From: Azolla caroliniana
Lineage: Eukaryota > Plantae > Polypodiophyta
Assembly: GCA_043228905.1 (NCBI GenBank)
Contig: JBHGNT010000173.1
Coordinates: 1-61,202, forward strand
Direction: 5' to 3'
Length of the DNA: 61,202 nucleotides
Part shown: positions 1 through 13,477 of the stretch, one piece after another
Numbering within the stretch: position 1 is the stretch's first letter
Layout of the letters: each line of letters starts with the position of its first letter
Position numbers and translations under genes: made by a program
Notes under the pieces: generated by a model
Told to the model about the DNA's origin: nothing
The model's database searches: none
Seen by the model: only the letters and a program-made list of their open reading frames with translations

Positions 1-276
1 AAGCTTATAATGATTACAGTACTCGGCCTCAGCCGGAAACAGTACATATAGAGCTTGCTCCTAATAATTATATTACTTTCGCTCAGAATGATCTAGGTAT
101 CCCCCTGTCGAGGTACGTAGACCTCGGTTTATAAACTTTTTCTTCATACAGAGCCGAGTCGTCAGCTGACTGTGAGGCTCGAAACTCGGCGTTCTCCTAA
201 ACTCTACCTTCCTCACCTACTCCTACTTAACAACGAGTTTACATAATATATTTATTTTTTTGGCCTATGGACAACA

Positions 277-619
277 ATTACAAGAGCTATAACCTCCCTT
301 AATCATTCCTTGTAAATAGATGCAATCATGCTCAATTCAGAATTTTTTAATAAAGGAAATTATGTGCAGCCTATGGATGCTACCTATGAATTTTACAGAA
401 ACAATATCTTTGGAGACCGGAAAATGTGTCATGTCAATAAGCTGGCTTGCACCCAAACACAAGTTACAAGCTTCATTACTATGAGGAAGGTTTCTCTCCT
501 ACTTTCTTCAGGATCTACATTGTTAAGATAACTAGTTACATTTATGGTGTTTTAAATCAATTTGATCAGATATACCACTCCATATTTTGCTTTATGCTTA
601 TATTGGTTGCTTATTCTAG
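277..619. repeat. Duplicated segment of GT31 gene intron 1 (left half)
   Basis: Near-identical to ~58502-58844; continues at 4882-5545 after the L1 insertion. Confidence 0.9.
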
Positions 620-854
620 GTTTTTTTTTCTTTTCAAAAGAACATATCCTTCCATTATTTTTTAGAAAAGTCATAACAACAACATACAAAATATTTTTCC
701 CAACTCATCTTTATAAGATGATGGTTTGAGGAAAGCAATCTATGTACTCCAAAGTAGAGAAAACTAGTCAACTAATCTGAAAGTTATTTTGTAGACACAT
801 TCCAAGCTACTTGCAGTCCCATATATCTTAAATAACTTGCATCTCCCAAGTCAA

Positions 855-1685
855 ACTCAAATAGACCCATGAGGGGAGACTTCAATGCTACTACATCTGT
901 AGCAGGAACCTTGTGGATCTTCCCTTTGTGAAAAACATAGTTCCCATCAACGACTTTAAACATAGGAGGCTTGTCATTGCCTCTAAATTTGGACCACAAC
1001 TATGTAAGATTGAGAGATGCTGACTCTCCACCATAATAATCATTCCTAATCATGATCATTGTCCTTGGCAAACCCTATGCAAGACACCAGAAAATCTGGC
1101 TAGTCTTAACATATGGAGAAAAAAATATTGCAATTTGGCTCTGTAATGAACTGTATGTCTCCCATAAAGAGAGATGGCAAAAAGAAATACTCATCAGCTG
1201 CACTAGCTACACTTACATCCATAGACAAATCCAAAACCTTTCCAGTGATAGCTGTATACATTGCCAAAACATCTTCCACAACGGTCTCAAAATGGGTGGT
1301 TGCATCATAGCTATTGGATATATAGCATTGATCCAATGAAGGTTCATTGACTGGTACAAATCTATCATAGGTATCGAAGAAAATTTCATCCATGGGTCCC
1401 AAAAGACTAATTCATGTCAGATTTCCTGCCTAGCTTTTTCACCTTGTTTGGAAGATATGATGGATCACCTACAACCTTCTTTGTCCTCGCCGTCTCTCCA
1501 TCCGATGTGACACCACAAACCTTTCCTTCGTCATCAAATTCTACCTTACACTCTGGTTTTGCAAGCATATATGTCCCACCATAAACTACACTCAGTCGTG
1601 CAAAACCTTGTGCTAATTCACCAAGCTCATACAAAGGGTATATATACAGAGAGCCTCCTCGAAAACGAGGTAATGACTCAGAACA
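855..1685 (-). pseudogene. GDI: Processed, scrambled Rab GDP-dissociation inhibitor fragments
   Basis: [23 protein letters not shown] (1425-1685), SYDATTHFETVVEDVL (1190-1405) and N-terminal [28 protein letters not shown] (855-1050). A further piece DNTVDFIGHA lies at ~2085-2150. Contains stops and no introns. Confidence 0.85.
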
Positions 1686-1779
1686 TTAGCCACATTTCAC
1701 TGTGACATTTGTAAAAAATCTTTATATTTCGTATAACCACTTGGATGAGGCAAGCTGCCCTCAAGTTTGGGAATGTGAT

Positions 1780-1885
1780 TTGCAGCATTCAAACAGAAAA
1801 GTTCATTTAACCAACCTTCAACAACATCACCTAAAGCATATCTGATGGACTCTCCAAGCTCTACTTCTCTGAAAACTCTTCCTGG
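1780..1885 (-). pseudogene. Short fragment resembling RNA cytidine acetyltransferase NAT10/Kre33
   Basis: Translates GRVFREVELGESIRYALGDVVEGWLNELFCL, resembling the Kre33/NAT10 E.IRYA.GD..E.WLN.LLCL segment. Confidence 0.55.
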
Positions 1886-2164
1886 AATTCAAAAGAAGCC
1901 ATCATATACTTGCAAAAGAAGTTTTCAGGGGCAGAACACCTTTCTCTGTAACATCCACATTTATTTCCCTAAAACTATACTAATTTGTTAGCACTTTCAT
2001 AATCCACAAGCTTAATGCTGGTTATAATAGCCTAAAACATCACAATATCTCAGTTTTATACACATGTTTTATTTAGTAAAAGACTCCAGATATGCATCAT
2101 CTCGGTATAAGGTTCATGCATGACCAATAAAATCAACTGTGTTGTCCTCTAATATCAATTGCTG

Positions 2165-2750
2165 GTGTTGTGTCCATCAAGGGCCATAAAGCCATACATA
2201 TCCTTGTCCATCAGGCTAAATGCGATTGTCTTGTCTCCAACTAAAGCCTGATCATGGCTTTGAGCATAAACAACATATTTTCTCAACATGTCTTTTTTCT
2301 TAGCAATTCAATCCACTTGTCTGCAACTGCCTTATGCATCCTATAGTCGAAACCAACACCTCCATCTCCAACAGGGAGACTAAAGGTAGGCATTCAACTT
2401 ACATCTTTTCCAACAGTAATGGCATTTGGCTATAAAGCATAGATCATTTCATTTGCCAACATGAGGTAATTCAAAGCATCTATATCTGTAGCCATTCCAA
2501 AACACTCATTGTTATTCCCAGTAAAGGAAACCTATAGTCCATGATGAGTGTACATCATTGATGTTACACCATCATAACGAAAACCATCAAATTTGTGCTC
2601 CTCAATCCACCATCATGCATTGGACAACAAGAAGCATAGATCCTCCCATTCGCCATAACTAAAAAGACTAGAGTCCCACATCCAATGGTAACCACATGCA
2701 CTGGAATGAAAATAATGGGAGTCTGTCCCATCAAACATGTTTAATCCTGG
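2165..2750 (-). pseudogene. SBE: Processed fragment of starch branching enzyme (GH13)
   Basis: [72 protein letters not shown] reads without introns and with stops. Confidence 0.85.
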
Positions 2751-2859
2751 CAGACTAAATGAGCCGATAAGTAATGGCCCCCACACAAAGAAGTTGCATT
2801 GTGAAACACCATCCTTCTTCAATCTGCACATAGTTAGCTACACCTAAAACATGCTACCA

Positions 2860-3540
2860 ATTGTCTCCACTCATCCTCCCCAGAAAAAGAAAAAACCATT
2901 CCCCAAATTTGAAAAGAAAATAAAACATAATCTATCCTCCTTGTCACTCCCTAGAACTGCTTCAACATCCTTAAACATCATCCAACTCTGCCCCATAGTA
3001 AAAATATTTTCTCCTAAGGATGGCTTCCCCAAGCAAAGCCAATCCACTCTTGTAATTTTCCATTTTCAATGTACACAAAGTAGGAATAGAAGCAAAAATA
3101 AAAAAAAATCCCCATAAGGATGGCTTCCCCAAGCAAAGCCAAACCACTCTTCTAATTCCACTTTCAACGTACACAAAGTTGTTGCATCTTTATGCAGTCT
3201 TCTATCTTCCACATTCAACTTGCTCATAAGTAGCAATACATAAAACCTACTATCTAATGTATACATCTTAATACAATACCTTTTGACAGTTTGTCTCCAC
3301 TCATCCTCCCCAGAAAAATGAGAAAAGCATTCCCCAAATTTGAAAAGTACTTGAAACATAATGTAGCCTCTTTGTCACTCCCTAGGATTGCTTCAAACAT
3401 CCTTTTACATCATCCATCTTTTTCACAAGCAAGAAGATTTTCCCAGAAGGATGGCTCCCCAAGCAAAGCCAAACCAGTCTTCTATTTTCCACTTTCAACG
3501 TACACATGGTAGCTGCATCTTAAGACAGTCTTCTATTTTC
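2860..3540. repeat. Degenerate tandem duplication inside the L1 insert
   Basis: TTGTCTCCACTCATCCTCCCCAGAAAA at ~2861 and ~3291; GGATGGCT.CCCAAGCAAAGCCAA occurs three times. Confidence 0.7.
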
Positions 3541-3643
3541 CCCATTCAACCTGTCGAAAAGGAAAAATCATTAATATCTTGAGCAACCATTGTTTCCACT
3601 ACGGAGAGAGACTTTTGTTTTGATGGATCCTCCTCATAGATTA

Positions 3644-4852
3644 CTAACGATAACTCCTTTTCACAATCCATGTCAATTCCCGAACAATCAATTTGTCGCG
3701 CCTTGTCCTGAAGCACCGGGTGAGGCAAGGATTGAATGATATGCTTCCCTTTATCCCCCAAATGATTACCATGATGTCTATCCTTACTTTAATAGTCAAG
3801 GCTTCATGATCATGTTTCGAGGTTGTTGGATTCTGTATTTCAACAACGTTATTCTTCTCCCTTACAATATTTTGTGAGGAGATATTCCTATCTTCATCGT
3901 TATTCAAAGTATTGTATGGATTACCATCGAACAAAACTATAGAATTGATTGGTGAGTTAAATTGTTTAAAAGTATGTTTAGCTGCTACTGGAGTCCAGTC
4001 AGATCTCCCCACCTTAGTAGTTGGCTTAGGGGCCTCCTTTGATCTATAACGTTTCCGAGGACAATCCTTCCCTAAATGCCCAAAATGCCTACATATAAAA
4101 CATTGATCCGGAAGCCCCTGATACACAATCCTTTGGGGCAATGGCTCTTTATTTTCTTGCAAATTTGGCAACAACACTGAAGATGGTAAAGCACTATTTC
4201 AGGGGGCCAAAATCCTCACTGCTGGTGCTCCTCGTATACGCTCATCTTCATGTGACGCCTCATCTTTAATCGCTATTACAGTACCTAAAAGAGAACCTAT
4301 TTGAGCTAATACTTGATGCCCTTCTTTCTTCAATCCTGGAAAAACGGCTGTAAAGATCATCTGGGCTTCTTTGTGCTACAAAATATCATCTGCAAGCACA
4401 TTATGAGTCCACCTGTAGAAAGATATCAAATTGCCTTGCATTGTTGTTTGTTTGATCCTCAACAAACGATCCACTGAAGAAGAATCGGCAAACTCCAAAT
4501 AATAACATCCTTTGCCCATGAATTGGATGTCCATAACAGTGTTGATTTCTTCTGGGAAGGAAGTGTAAAACATTCGACACAACTCAGGCCTATTTGGCCT
4601 TGATCCTTCCATATGAGCTACCAGAGAAACCTCCTATAGTCGTTGTACTTCTGCCAACACAATATTCTTATCATTATCTAACAAGGAGAGTGAGACGACC
4701 TTACCTGAAATATGGGGAGAGGTAGAAGGCTGATCGAGGGGAGGTACATCGGAACCCCCTTTGTGCGTTGAATCAGGTATTGGCCGTTGTTCTACCATCA
4801 CTCCTCGCACTCTGTTTATCGCTGCCATCTTCGTTATCCCTCTCAAGTCCAA
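3644..4852 (-). pseudogene. L1-type ORF1 (plant LINE gag-like, CCHC zinc knuckle), degenerate
   Basis: CFICRHFGHLGKDC knuckle preceded by QRIVYQGLPDQ; upstream DUF4283-like segment (QFMGKGCYYLEF); broken into several ORFs. Confidence 0.75.
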
Positions 4853-4881
4853 CCTTGATAAGTAAAATTCTTGAAAATTCA

Positions 4882-5545
4882 GTTGCTTATTCTAGTTGTT
4901 GCATCACATGTAAGCATATAACAATTCCTACATGGAAGGAAGCCACAATGAAGCTTGGGTTTCTAGTGGCAAGACATGTCATTCGAAAAAGAGATTGTAC
5001 ATGCAAGCAAGGATTGACAAAATTGAGGATTTCGAATAGTGCCCATGATCGAAAAGCAATAGTAGCAGGCACAATTTCGAAAGACTTGCAAAATAGGGTA
5101 GTTTTCAACAATTTTGTTACACCACCACTCATAATTGACATAGTAGTCCAGGCATCTAAACTCTTTTTACCTTTATAAAATAGGGTTGTTGATTAATTGC
5201 ACAATTTTCCATGTGGCCCTTAGTCTACGATTTCCCTCACGAGTTACAAACTACCGTAGGAAATCAGGGAAATAACTCCTCGTTTCCCTCTGAATCAACA
5301 ACATCCAGATTCATTCGAAAACCATGAGCAAATGAAGATGGATTTGTACATAAAAATATCGTATTTGTGATATCTATTGGATGGCATGGAGTAACATTCT
5401 GCTCATGTCAATCTTGAACCACACGGTGAGGTAGATAAAATAGAAAAGACTATAATAGTATATGGAACCAAATTTGTCCTACATATGGGCAGAACCATCA
5501 TGAACAAATGATACCAGTACGGCTTCAAGCAACAACATAGCTCAT
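4882..5545. repeat. Duplicated segment of GT31 gene intron 1 (right half)
   Basis: Near-identical to ~58831-59496. Confidence 0.9.
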
Positions 5546-6072
5546 GGGGGAAAATATGGGGGAAAATATCACACCCCTCTAGGCTTGACTGACGATACTC
5601 GCAAAAGACAAACGGGGACTCGTGTAATGGACTGCCCATTCTTCGTTAGAGCAAACTTCTCGAAGAAAATGGGATAGTGGACTATTAAAAAGGCAGCTAT
5701 TGCGCACAATCATCCTATTTCTGACAATCTTGGTGGTATATCAACGACTCGTAGACTAACCGAAACAGAAAAAGCCATTGTTCGAGACATGGCAAATGTT
5801 GGAACTGGTGCGACTTCAACTCTGGCCGACTTGAGAGAAAAAACCAGAAATCAATGGACCACCAGGAAAGAAATCTAGAACGAAAAAGTGGTTGCAAGAG
5901 CCGAGTTTCTTGACGAGCACTGGCCAATTCAAGCGTTGTACGATGAGATCTCCATTGGCAACTTTATCTTCAATTTCAAGGTGAACTCGAACCGCTCAAT
6001 CAGTGGTCTTTTCTTTTGTCATCAGAAATCGGCAGATCTTGCTAGACGGTTCAATGTGGTATTTGTCATGGA
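5544..6072 (+). pseudogene. MULE/FAR1-like transposase fragment, copy A
   Basis: MDCPFFVRA..HNHP and LFFCH..RFNVVFVM motifs; in-frame stops. Confidence 0.7.
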
Positions 6073-6074
6073 AT

Positions 6075-7840
6075 CTAGTAGAATCTAGTCACATGAAACT
6101 TATGGAAATGGAGAAATCAACATGAAACTAACGACTGAAACTTCAATTGTTCGATAGAGACAATAAATAAGATTTGAACATGTATCGTTTGGTAAAAGCA
6201 GATAGATTTCCTGTATTTATCGAATGCAACAATAGGTTTCTTGTGTTTATTGAATGCAATTATAGGTTTCTTCTGTTCATTGAATACAATAAGTGATGGT
6301 ATGTTAAAGACATAAAGATTATAAAAAATGGAATCAAAAGGCAATTATCTAGTGGCTAGCTATCTCAAAACAACTTCTATGTATTTGTTGCTCTATATAT
6401 CTAGAACGTTGACAATGATGTCCCTGTCATGTATAGCGTTGTTGAAAGATATTATATAGTTTGACAAAACAAGTGGCCTCCTATTTCTTCGTCCATATAC
6501 ACAAGGTTTGACAATATGTGTGTGGGCCTCCTTGTGGGGGATATGGTACCCAAAAAAGAAAAAAGGCTATGCACTCATTTCAATAACGACTTTCTTTATT
6601 TGTCATGTTCTTTCTTTCTCATAAGTATGCAAAACAAATGGCGCATATCTTAAGGCAACATTGCATCACTTTCTTCCAAAGCGAGCCCTTCTTAAATGGA
6701 CAAAAGCCTTAATGGGCTTTCAACATTCCACATGCCCACACACACGCGCATCACCATTGCAAAAAGCATTCTCTCTCACACGGTACACCTCTCTTTCCTC
6801 TCTCAACGTGACTAATTGATCAAAACAAAGTGTTGGTTGCACCCTCTCCCCCTCGAAAAGATTACTCTACGGAAGGCACGCATACACAAACTAGTAGGTG
6901 CTTGGGGACATTACTTCAGTTGAAATGACCAAACAACATCATAAGCTTCTGTTTTTATGAAAGCTTTGAATTACGTCAGCTTTGGCAAGATATGTACAAC
7001 GAATGTTGAGCTCAAAGCCGGGAGGGCCTTTTATGACATTCACTTGACAACAACGTGAACGCCGAAGCCAAACCAATGTGTTTGGTATGCACGCCATATT
7101 TTGAAGGTGGTGATCGTCCCTCCCATCACAGACAACTCAAGGATGCACAGGTCTCAAACATCATTGTACGAATGTAGGTAGAGCAATATTACAATGGCCA
7201 TGGACATGGAGTTTTTAAAACGTTGATGATGATCGCACACAGAAGGGTCCAGGGACACCCCACCCTAGCCCTTGGCAATAGTGCCTCACTTTTACTCTAT
7301 TTAGTGTTTATGGCATGAAGACATGTCCCACCCAAAAACTCAACAACCCCTCTCTGTCCATGATCGCAGTCTTGGAGAAGAGAGGAAAGCATTTTCTCAA
7401 CACCACCTTGGATGCACAAGAAGAAGAAGAAGAAGAAGAAGAAGAAGAAGAAGAAGAAGAAGAAGAAGAAGAGCATACATACCAACAGACCAAGAAGAGG
7501 AGCGCAAGGATTACTTTCCGGGAACAGTTTCCGCAATGATGAGGAAGGACTCATCTCTGCTAAGCGAGAGGCCATTGGGGAACTGCAACCCTGATAAGAT
7601 GACACTGCTCTTCCCTGTCACAGGATCATATCTTATAACCCTCGCTGAATCGTCCCTAGACAGTACGAGCAAGAAGAAGTTCCTGCACCATCGAACTTAT
7701 TATTTTATAGCATATGACCAACCCAAAAGAATCAAGGCTAATTGATGTAGTTAATAGATAGCCTCTCTAAGCCTTCTCTGATACCTTGGAGCTGCTGTCT
7801 GTGAAGTAGACAGAGCCGTTCGATGCGACATCGAGGTCAT
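6075..7840 (-). pseudogene. Duplicated strictosidine-synthase-like fragment (intron 3, exon 3, end of exon 2) with extra inserted sequence
   Basis: Matches 19038-19820 and ~19822-20220; (GAA)n expanded at 7418-7471. Confidence 0.85.
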
Positions 7841-8740
7841 CGTCGAAGAATTTGGTCTCCGTCGGCCAAATTGTAGAGCAAGGAATGCAAGTTCGATTTA
7901 ATCAAGGCGGTTGCTTCATCGAAAAAGAGAGCCTACTCATCGCGCGCAGACGGAGAGAGGGCCGAATGTTCATTCTCGACTCGCACGAGATGAAATCGAC
8001 AATGTTCCCGAAAGTCACGAAAGTCGAGTTCGACATAGAGTTATGGCACAAGCAGATTGGCCATATCAACCTTCATCCGCTCGACCCGGAATCCGCCGAA
8101 AAAGAGATAGAGGATAAAAATCGCCTTACGCGCATGTTCGAAGAAAGTCCGATCACAACCCGACTGAGCAGACCACAAGAGCCTCCGAGCGATCAAAGCA
8201 CATATCGACCAAGTCCGAAGCTAGGCACAAGGAAGGTTAAAATGTTGGAGTATGAAGACGATCATTTCGACGACATCGAATCGACTCCCTTCCTTGATAG
8301 TGAGTTCGAAGTCCTTCACATCCGGACAAATGGAGTGAAGAAAGCCTTAGAATCTGCAAACGAGAAGCTTCGAAGATCCACCCGTGAAAAGAACCCCATA
8401 AGCCGATTCGGCTACGATGAGTACATGGTGTACCATTACGCATTTATGATGAAGGTGGCAACTGTACGGAAGCTGGAAACCTTTTTCGAAGCCGCGAAGG
8501 ACCCGCGATGGATCGAAGCAATGAACGAGGAGATGCGTGCATTGCGCAAGAATGAGACATGGGATCTCGTTCCCCACTCATCGCACAAGAAGGCAATTGG
8601 TTGTAGATCAATCCACCAGGTGAAGTATAATGCCGAAGGCTCCGTCAACCACTATAAAGCTCGACTCGTAGCGAAAGGATATGCACAAACACATGGGGTT
8701 GACTATGAAGAGACCTTTGCCCCGGTGGCAAAGATGATGA
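7841..8740 (+). mobile_element. Ty1/copia pol fragment (GAG-pre-integrase fused by deletion to RT start)
   Basis: ELWHKQIGHIN, W..AMNEEM.AL.KNETWDLV, YKARLVAKGYAQ.GVDYEETFAPV; paralogous to 47376-48715 and 32890-34690. Confidence 0.85.
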
Positions 8741-10259
8741 CAGAGTCCTGCCTTTCGACGTCGGATCATTGCGTGAGTCAGGTGGGAACCGTTGGGGTTT
8801 TGGACTAGGAGGAGGAAGAATTTGAGACTAATTAGAATATAGATAGGTTGTAGGAAAGAGATATAAAAACCTCGTGAATCCCACGAGTGTATTGTATTAG
8901 ATTATTCAATATTAGGATAATAATATGAATTTAAATAGAAAGAGAAGGATATAGAAATCTCGTGAATCCCACGAGTATAATTTATTAATTGGTGTTTTTT
9001 AGAAATATATCCAATTCCCAAATTTTTCACACACCATTACATTGTGCTCCTTATCCTTATATAGTGATGAGAGAGTCTTAACAATCCATGCTTTTTCTAT
9101 AAATAGACTCTATGCTTTCTCTAACATGCTTTTTCTAAAGTGATCCTACTTTTTCTAACTTCATGCGTTTTTATCGACTATGGTGTTCATGCACGCTACA
9201 TGTCCATGCGTAGCTTTTTCTTTTATCAGGCGTTTTCTTCTAGAACTAAAGTTTATCCTAGCGCGAACTTACCTTTCTATGTGGGACGTTTTCTTAACTT
9301 GATTAGAATTTGCAAATATAAAAATACATGATAGGTCTACGAGTGGAGATCATTAAAAATCATGCAAGTTTGGACATGTTGATAAGTTAATGTAGGCATA
9401 ATAAAGTTCAACAATGCCTCAATATGTCACTAATGTGCGACATGGGAAACACTAAGTTAAAGACTTATATTAATTTGGTAAGTTTTACAAAAATATGAGG
9501 TGTACTTGTAACCATACTAATAAAATGAGTTATAATTTATACTTTGACCCATACTTGCATGTATATAATTGTGGACAATGTAGGATAGTGCACATTAGGA
9601 TAATGTGATTGCAATAACTAACTTATTAAAGTATTTAATACTTGTATTTAAAGTTGATCTAATCTATTCCTCAATTTGTTCGTATGGGATCAAAGCATAT
9701 GTATATAATTGTGGACAATGTAAGACAGTGAACTTTAGTATAATGTGGTGGAAATAACAAACCTATTAAGGGTTTCATACTTGTATTTAAAATTGATCTA
9801 ATCTACTGCTTCGGTGATTCAAACAGGATTAATCTCCGAACGATAACACTAGTGGAACTACAAGCATATAAAAACATGCGGATAACGCTAGTGGAACCAT
9901 TATCAACACACTACACAATCTAAGCAGCAATGGAATAGAAACATAATAGTTTTAACAATAGAAGACAAAGATCCATAATAACAACATGGACAATCATGGC
10001 AACAATTCTACAACCATGTTATGTTAAGGTAAACTTTAACCAAAATCAGCCTCAATTTAAACTAATTCATGTTTCTCCATAAATTTGGTAGTCAGCAATG
10101 CACGCGGTGAAACCAATGTCATAAGTCTACTAACCAAGTATATAAAAATAAAATTGAAACATATAGAAGATTATAAAGAATAGAATCCACCAAGTAAAAC
10201 CCAAAATTAGTATTAATAATGTGAAATCCAAACAATACATTTCGTGTTCTTAAAAGAGT

Positions 10260-13200
10260 CTATTACATAGCAATCAAATCGTGAATGTCATTTTCTTCAT
10301 CATCCTATATAGAAGTCTCTTCGGCTATACGTGCATTGGCTTCCCTTGTTAGCCAAGCGAACGAAATGTCTTCTATAAGCTCATCATCAAGCTCGATTAG
10401 CTCCCCTGGTTCCCCGGCCAAAGGAGGAATAGGCTCTCGCGAAGTAGGTTGAAACCTTTCAATATCAGCGAGGTTCTTTGCACCGACCTCTTCGTCCTAA
10501 TCTGGGCACTCCCACAAAGCCTTAATCCTCATGTTTATAAATATAACCTGATCCTCGTCCTTCTCCAATGCAACTGTGTTTCTAAAGAGCTTCAATGGAC
10601 ATGCAGATGTCGTTCCTGTGAAGAAAGTAAGAAGAAGAATTAGTTCTCAAACAAAAAAGATTCAGTATTGGTTATCTCAAGATCGTTACCCTAGTTCGAG
10701 GAATACCTGTGCCAGAAAAGAGGTCTAATATCCAATCTCCTTCGACAGAAAACATTGCGATCAAGCGCATCATAAGTCGTTGAGGTTTTTGGTATGGGTT
10801 GACAAGTCCCCGTTCTGTCGTGGTGACATGTCGCAATTTCCGTGTCACTGCTGGATATACCATCAGTTTTGAACCTCCCACTTCATTAGAATGCTCCTTG
10901 ATTCTTTGTTTCTTAATTTCATCAAAGTAGCCAACCGTGATGTATTCAATGGCATTAATGAACCGAAAGGTTGGCCCTTTATTATCCTATAACAAATATT
11001 ACATCGAGTTAAGAATAGATGGTACAATCTTAAGAAAGGCAATATAGTGAATGAGACATATAAATAATCCTTACCACGCAAGGTTCTCAATGCCATGGCA
11101 ACGAGATCTCAAAGCTTGAGCTACCGAGTACCCTTGGTCCATACTATGAAAGACAACTATTCTCCACAAGGATGCAGTTGTTAGCTCAGCAAAATCCTTG
11201 ACCATCTTCTCCAACTATTTAAATCTAAACGGTTCATCGTCGTATGATGACCTTGTCATTCGAAATCCGTAAGGAATATCCACAATCATTAGCATATATT
11301 CCTTCTTTGGCAGTTTTTGGATCATGTCAACGACATCGCCGCAAACCACATTGTAGTAAAGATCTCTTGTAATATCTTTTTTGTGGCTAAATTCTTTGAA
11401 GGAGCCATCTTCCTCCATTTCGTACGCCTTGACTAAGCGACGATCCTTTTCTTTTCTGGCTCTCTCGAGATGTGCAAGGAAGGATGTCGGGAAATCATGT
11501 ATATCCTTAACTTCTCCTTGTTTCTTGTCACGACAGGGTTTCTAATAGAAGCAATAGGACATCAAGTTTTATTATACAAGCTCTACATATAATGAAAGCT
11601 TAATGAAAAACTACCAATACTAACCCAATCCTTGAATGCAATAAAATACTCCGATAATGCCTTATATGAAGACGTTAGAGGATAATCCTCGGTCACTTGT
11701 TCCCAAGTTATACATCCAAGTTGTTTCATCATAACTTCTTGGATCTTCATGTACACCTTATGACTGTGAAATTAAAAAACGTGATTAGAACTTTCAATTG
11801 CACCATATTGACTTCAATATCACTATTTGAAAGACTTACTTATTGAACTCAATGACCATTTCTTCAAGGCTTAAATCTTTGGCCACAACCCTTGACAAAA
11901 CAGACACAAGAAGCTGCTCGTCCTTAATACCTTGCATCAGTCTCCACAGAGACTACTTCATGTCATCAGCCGCTTCTTCAATTGTCAAATCAATTTTTTT
12001 GGCCGCTTGTGACTTTAATTCTAGTTGAGGGTCTACCTTACATTTCTTTTGTCGTTGACCCTTGACTTCCTTATTCTCCCACATTGAGAAGATTTGATCT
12101 TGTAGGTCCTATACTTCTCCATCTCTAAAGGCCAGTTGAAACCAAGACTCATATTTTCGATGACCATTAGACTTAACATTATAATCTACCACAATGCCGA
12201 CTTCATGCAAGCATTGACATCGTAGGCTTGGATGTAGCTTCACACCAAACTTTTGTTTCATGTCCAAATACTCGTGGTGGAAGAACCTTATACGCTCAAT
12301 CGATGATATTTTCTGCCTATAGTCATTATCATTATTTTGGTCCCATGCATACAGATTTGCCTCTTCAGTTGTGAGACCCACGTAAATTTTGCACTCGGCA
12401 TACTTGAAGAAGAAAGTCATTGGATGTTCTCTAACAAGTTACCGACGTGTCTCCGCCGAATGCGATCCACCAATGACAAAGTAATTATATTGATCATGCT
12501 TTCTTATATCAAAATCTTCAATGGTTTCACGTTCTTCAGGATCCACCATAACAATAAAAGGCACAACGGTAGCATGTGGATTAATTTTCATTTTTTTCTT
12601 GAGATTTTGAACATGCATTCGGTGTGGCTCTCTAATCTCAACTGGTCTTTGTCCTGTTTTTTCATCAATAGGAGGCCGATGGATGTGTGTTATAGGCAAA
12701 TTAAACACTTACCCCTTCCTTACGAGTTTACGCTGCATTAACTCTCTCGGTATCTTATTCTGCTCGGATGACAACACACCTGATGCAAGCTCAGCTCCTA
12801 GCATCCTCTTAGTGCCCTCATCTTCGTTTGAGCTTGATGAGTGTGAGTCCGACATTTTAGTCGTCTTCTTTTTTGCTGGCCTTGATTGTACTTTCGATGC
12901 CCTTTTCGAGGCCTTTATTGGAGAGGGCAATGGCTCCCTTAGAGTTACATAGCCTTGTATATAAGGCCTCAAGGTAACAATAAGGTTTTGTGCGCTTTCT
13001 AGATCTTTTTTAAATGCTTCTGGCCCACAAGATTCCTTTACTAGAAGATCTTCAAAAAGGAACACTTTACGTACCCCCTTAGAGCACTCTATCATTACAA
13101 GTATGTTGGCCGACTCTGAATCTTCGTAGTGAAATCGTAGAATACGGCCATACATAAAGGCGATTTCATTTTCAAGCTGCCCCTCGCCCTTCTTCTTTGT

Positions 13201-13477
13201 TGTATACAACACAACTTTTTTCTTTCAGCCGACGTATTGCATACACCATTCCTTGTCTGTTAGATCATGGTCAGGAAGGTCTTCACCACCAGTAGCTGCT
13301 AATAGTTTTTTTTGGCTGACCTCATTGGGTGGTTGAGATTTTGTCTCCTTGTTGAAGAGAAGCTTTTTTGCTCTCTTCATGTTCTCAAGAGGTATTAGGG
13401 TCTGTGTTTCAATTGGAGAGCCCTGTATGCGGAGCTTTATCTTCTTCACAGGTCGGTCTAACAAGTTCTCAAATGAC
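10260..13477 (-). pseudogene. ParB/Srx-like domain + beta-class DNA amino-methyltransferase, spliced, copy 1 (exon 1 lost)
   Basis: VIGGSH ParB-like motif; CGDVVDMI..MIVDIPYG (motif IV); QKP.RLM.RLI.MFS.EGDWILDLFSGTG|TTS..LFRNTVALEKD (motifs X, I, II); GT-AG introns such as 10616-10706. Confidence 0.8.

Larger units (their letters stand above)
620..4881 (-). mobile_element. Non-autonomous L1-type retroposon or retro-chimera with captured mRNA fragments
   Basis: 14-bp TSD GTTGCTTATTCTAG at 606-619 and 4882-4895. T-run at 621-629 is a minus-strand poly(A). L1-type ORF1 lies at the 5' end. A paralogous empty site is at ~58831-58844. Confidence 0.8.

Noticed and set aside
7297-7745. ORFs with poly-F, poly-S, poly-E, poly-R or poly-K runs
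   Set aside because: Artefacts of the (GAA)n microsatellite in a duplicated intron
8745-9295. Possible LTR fragment with two CTCGTGAATCCCACGAG hairpins
   Set aside because: No second copy, TSD or clear termini in the window, so it cannot be classified
10260-13477. Bacterial or phage contamination as the source of the ParB-MTase
   Set aside because: The gene has GT-AG introns, sits within TIRs nested in plant retroelements, and is decayed differently in three local copies
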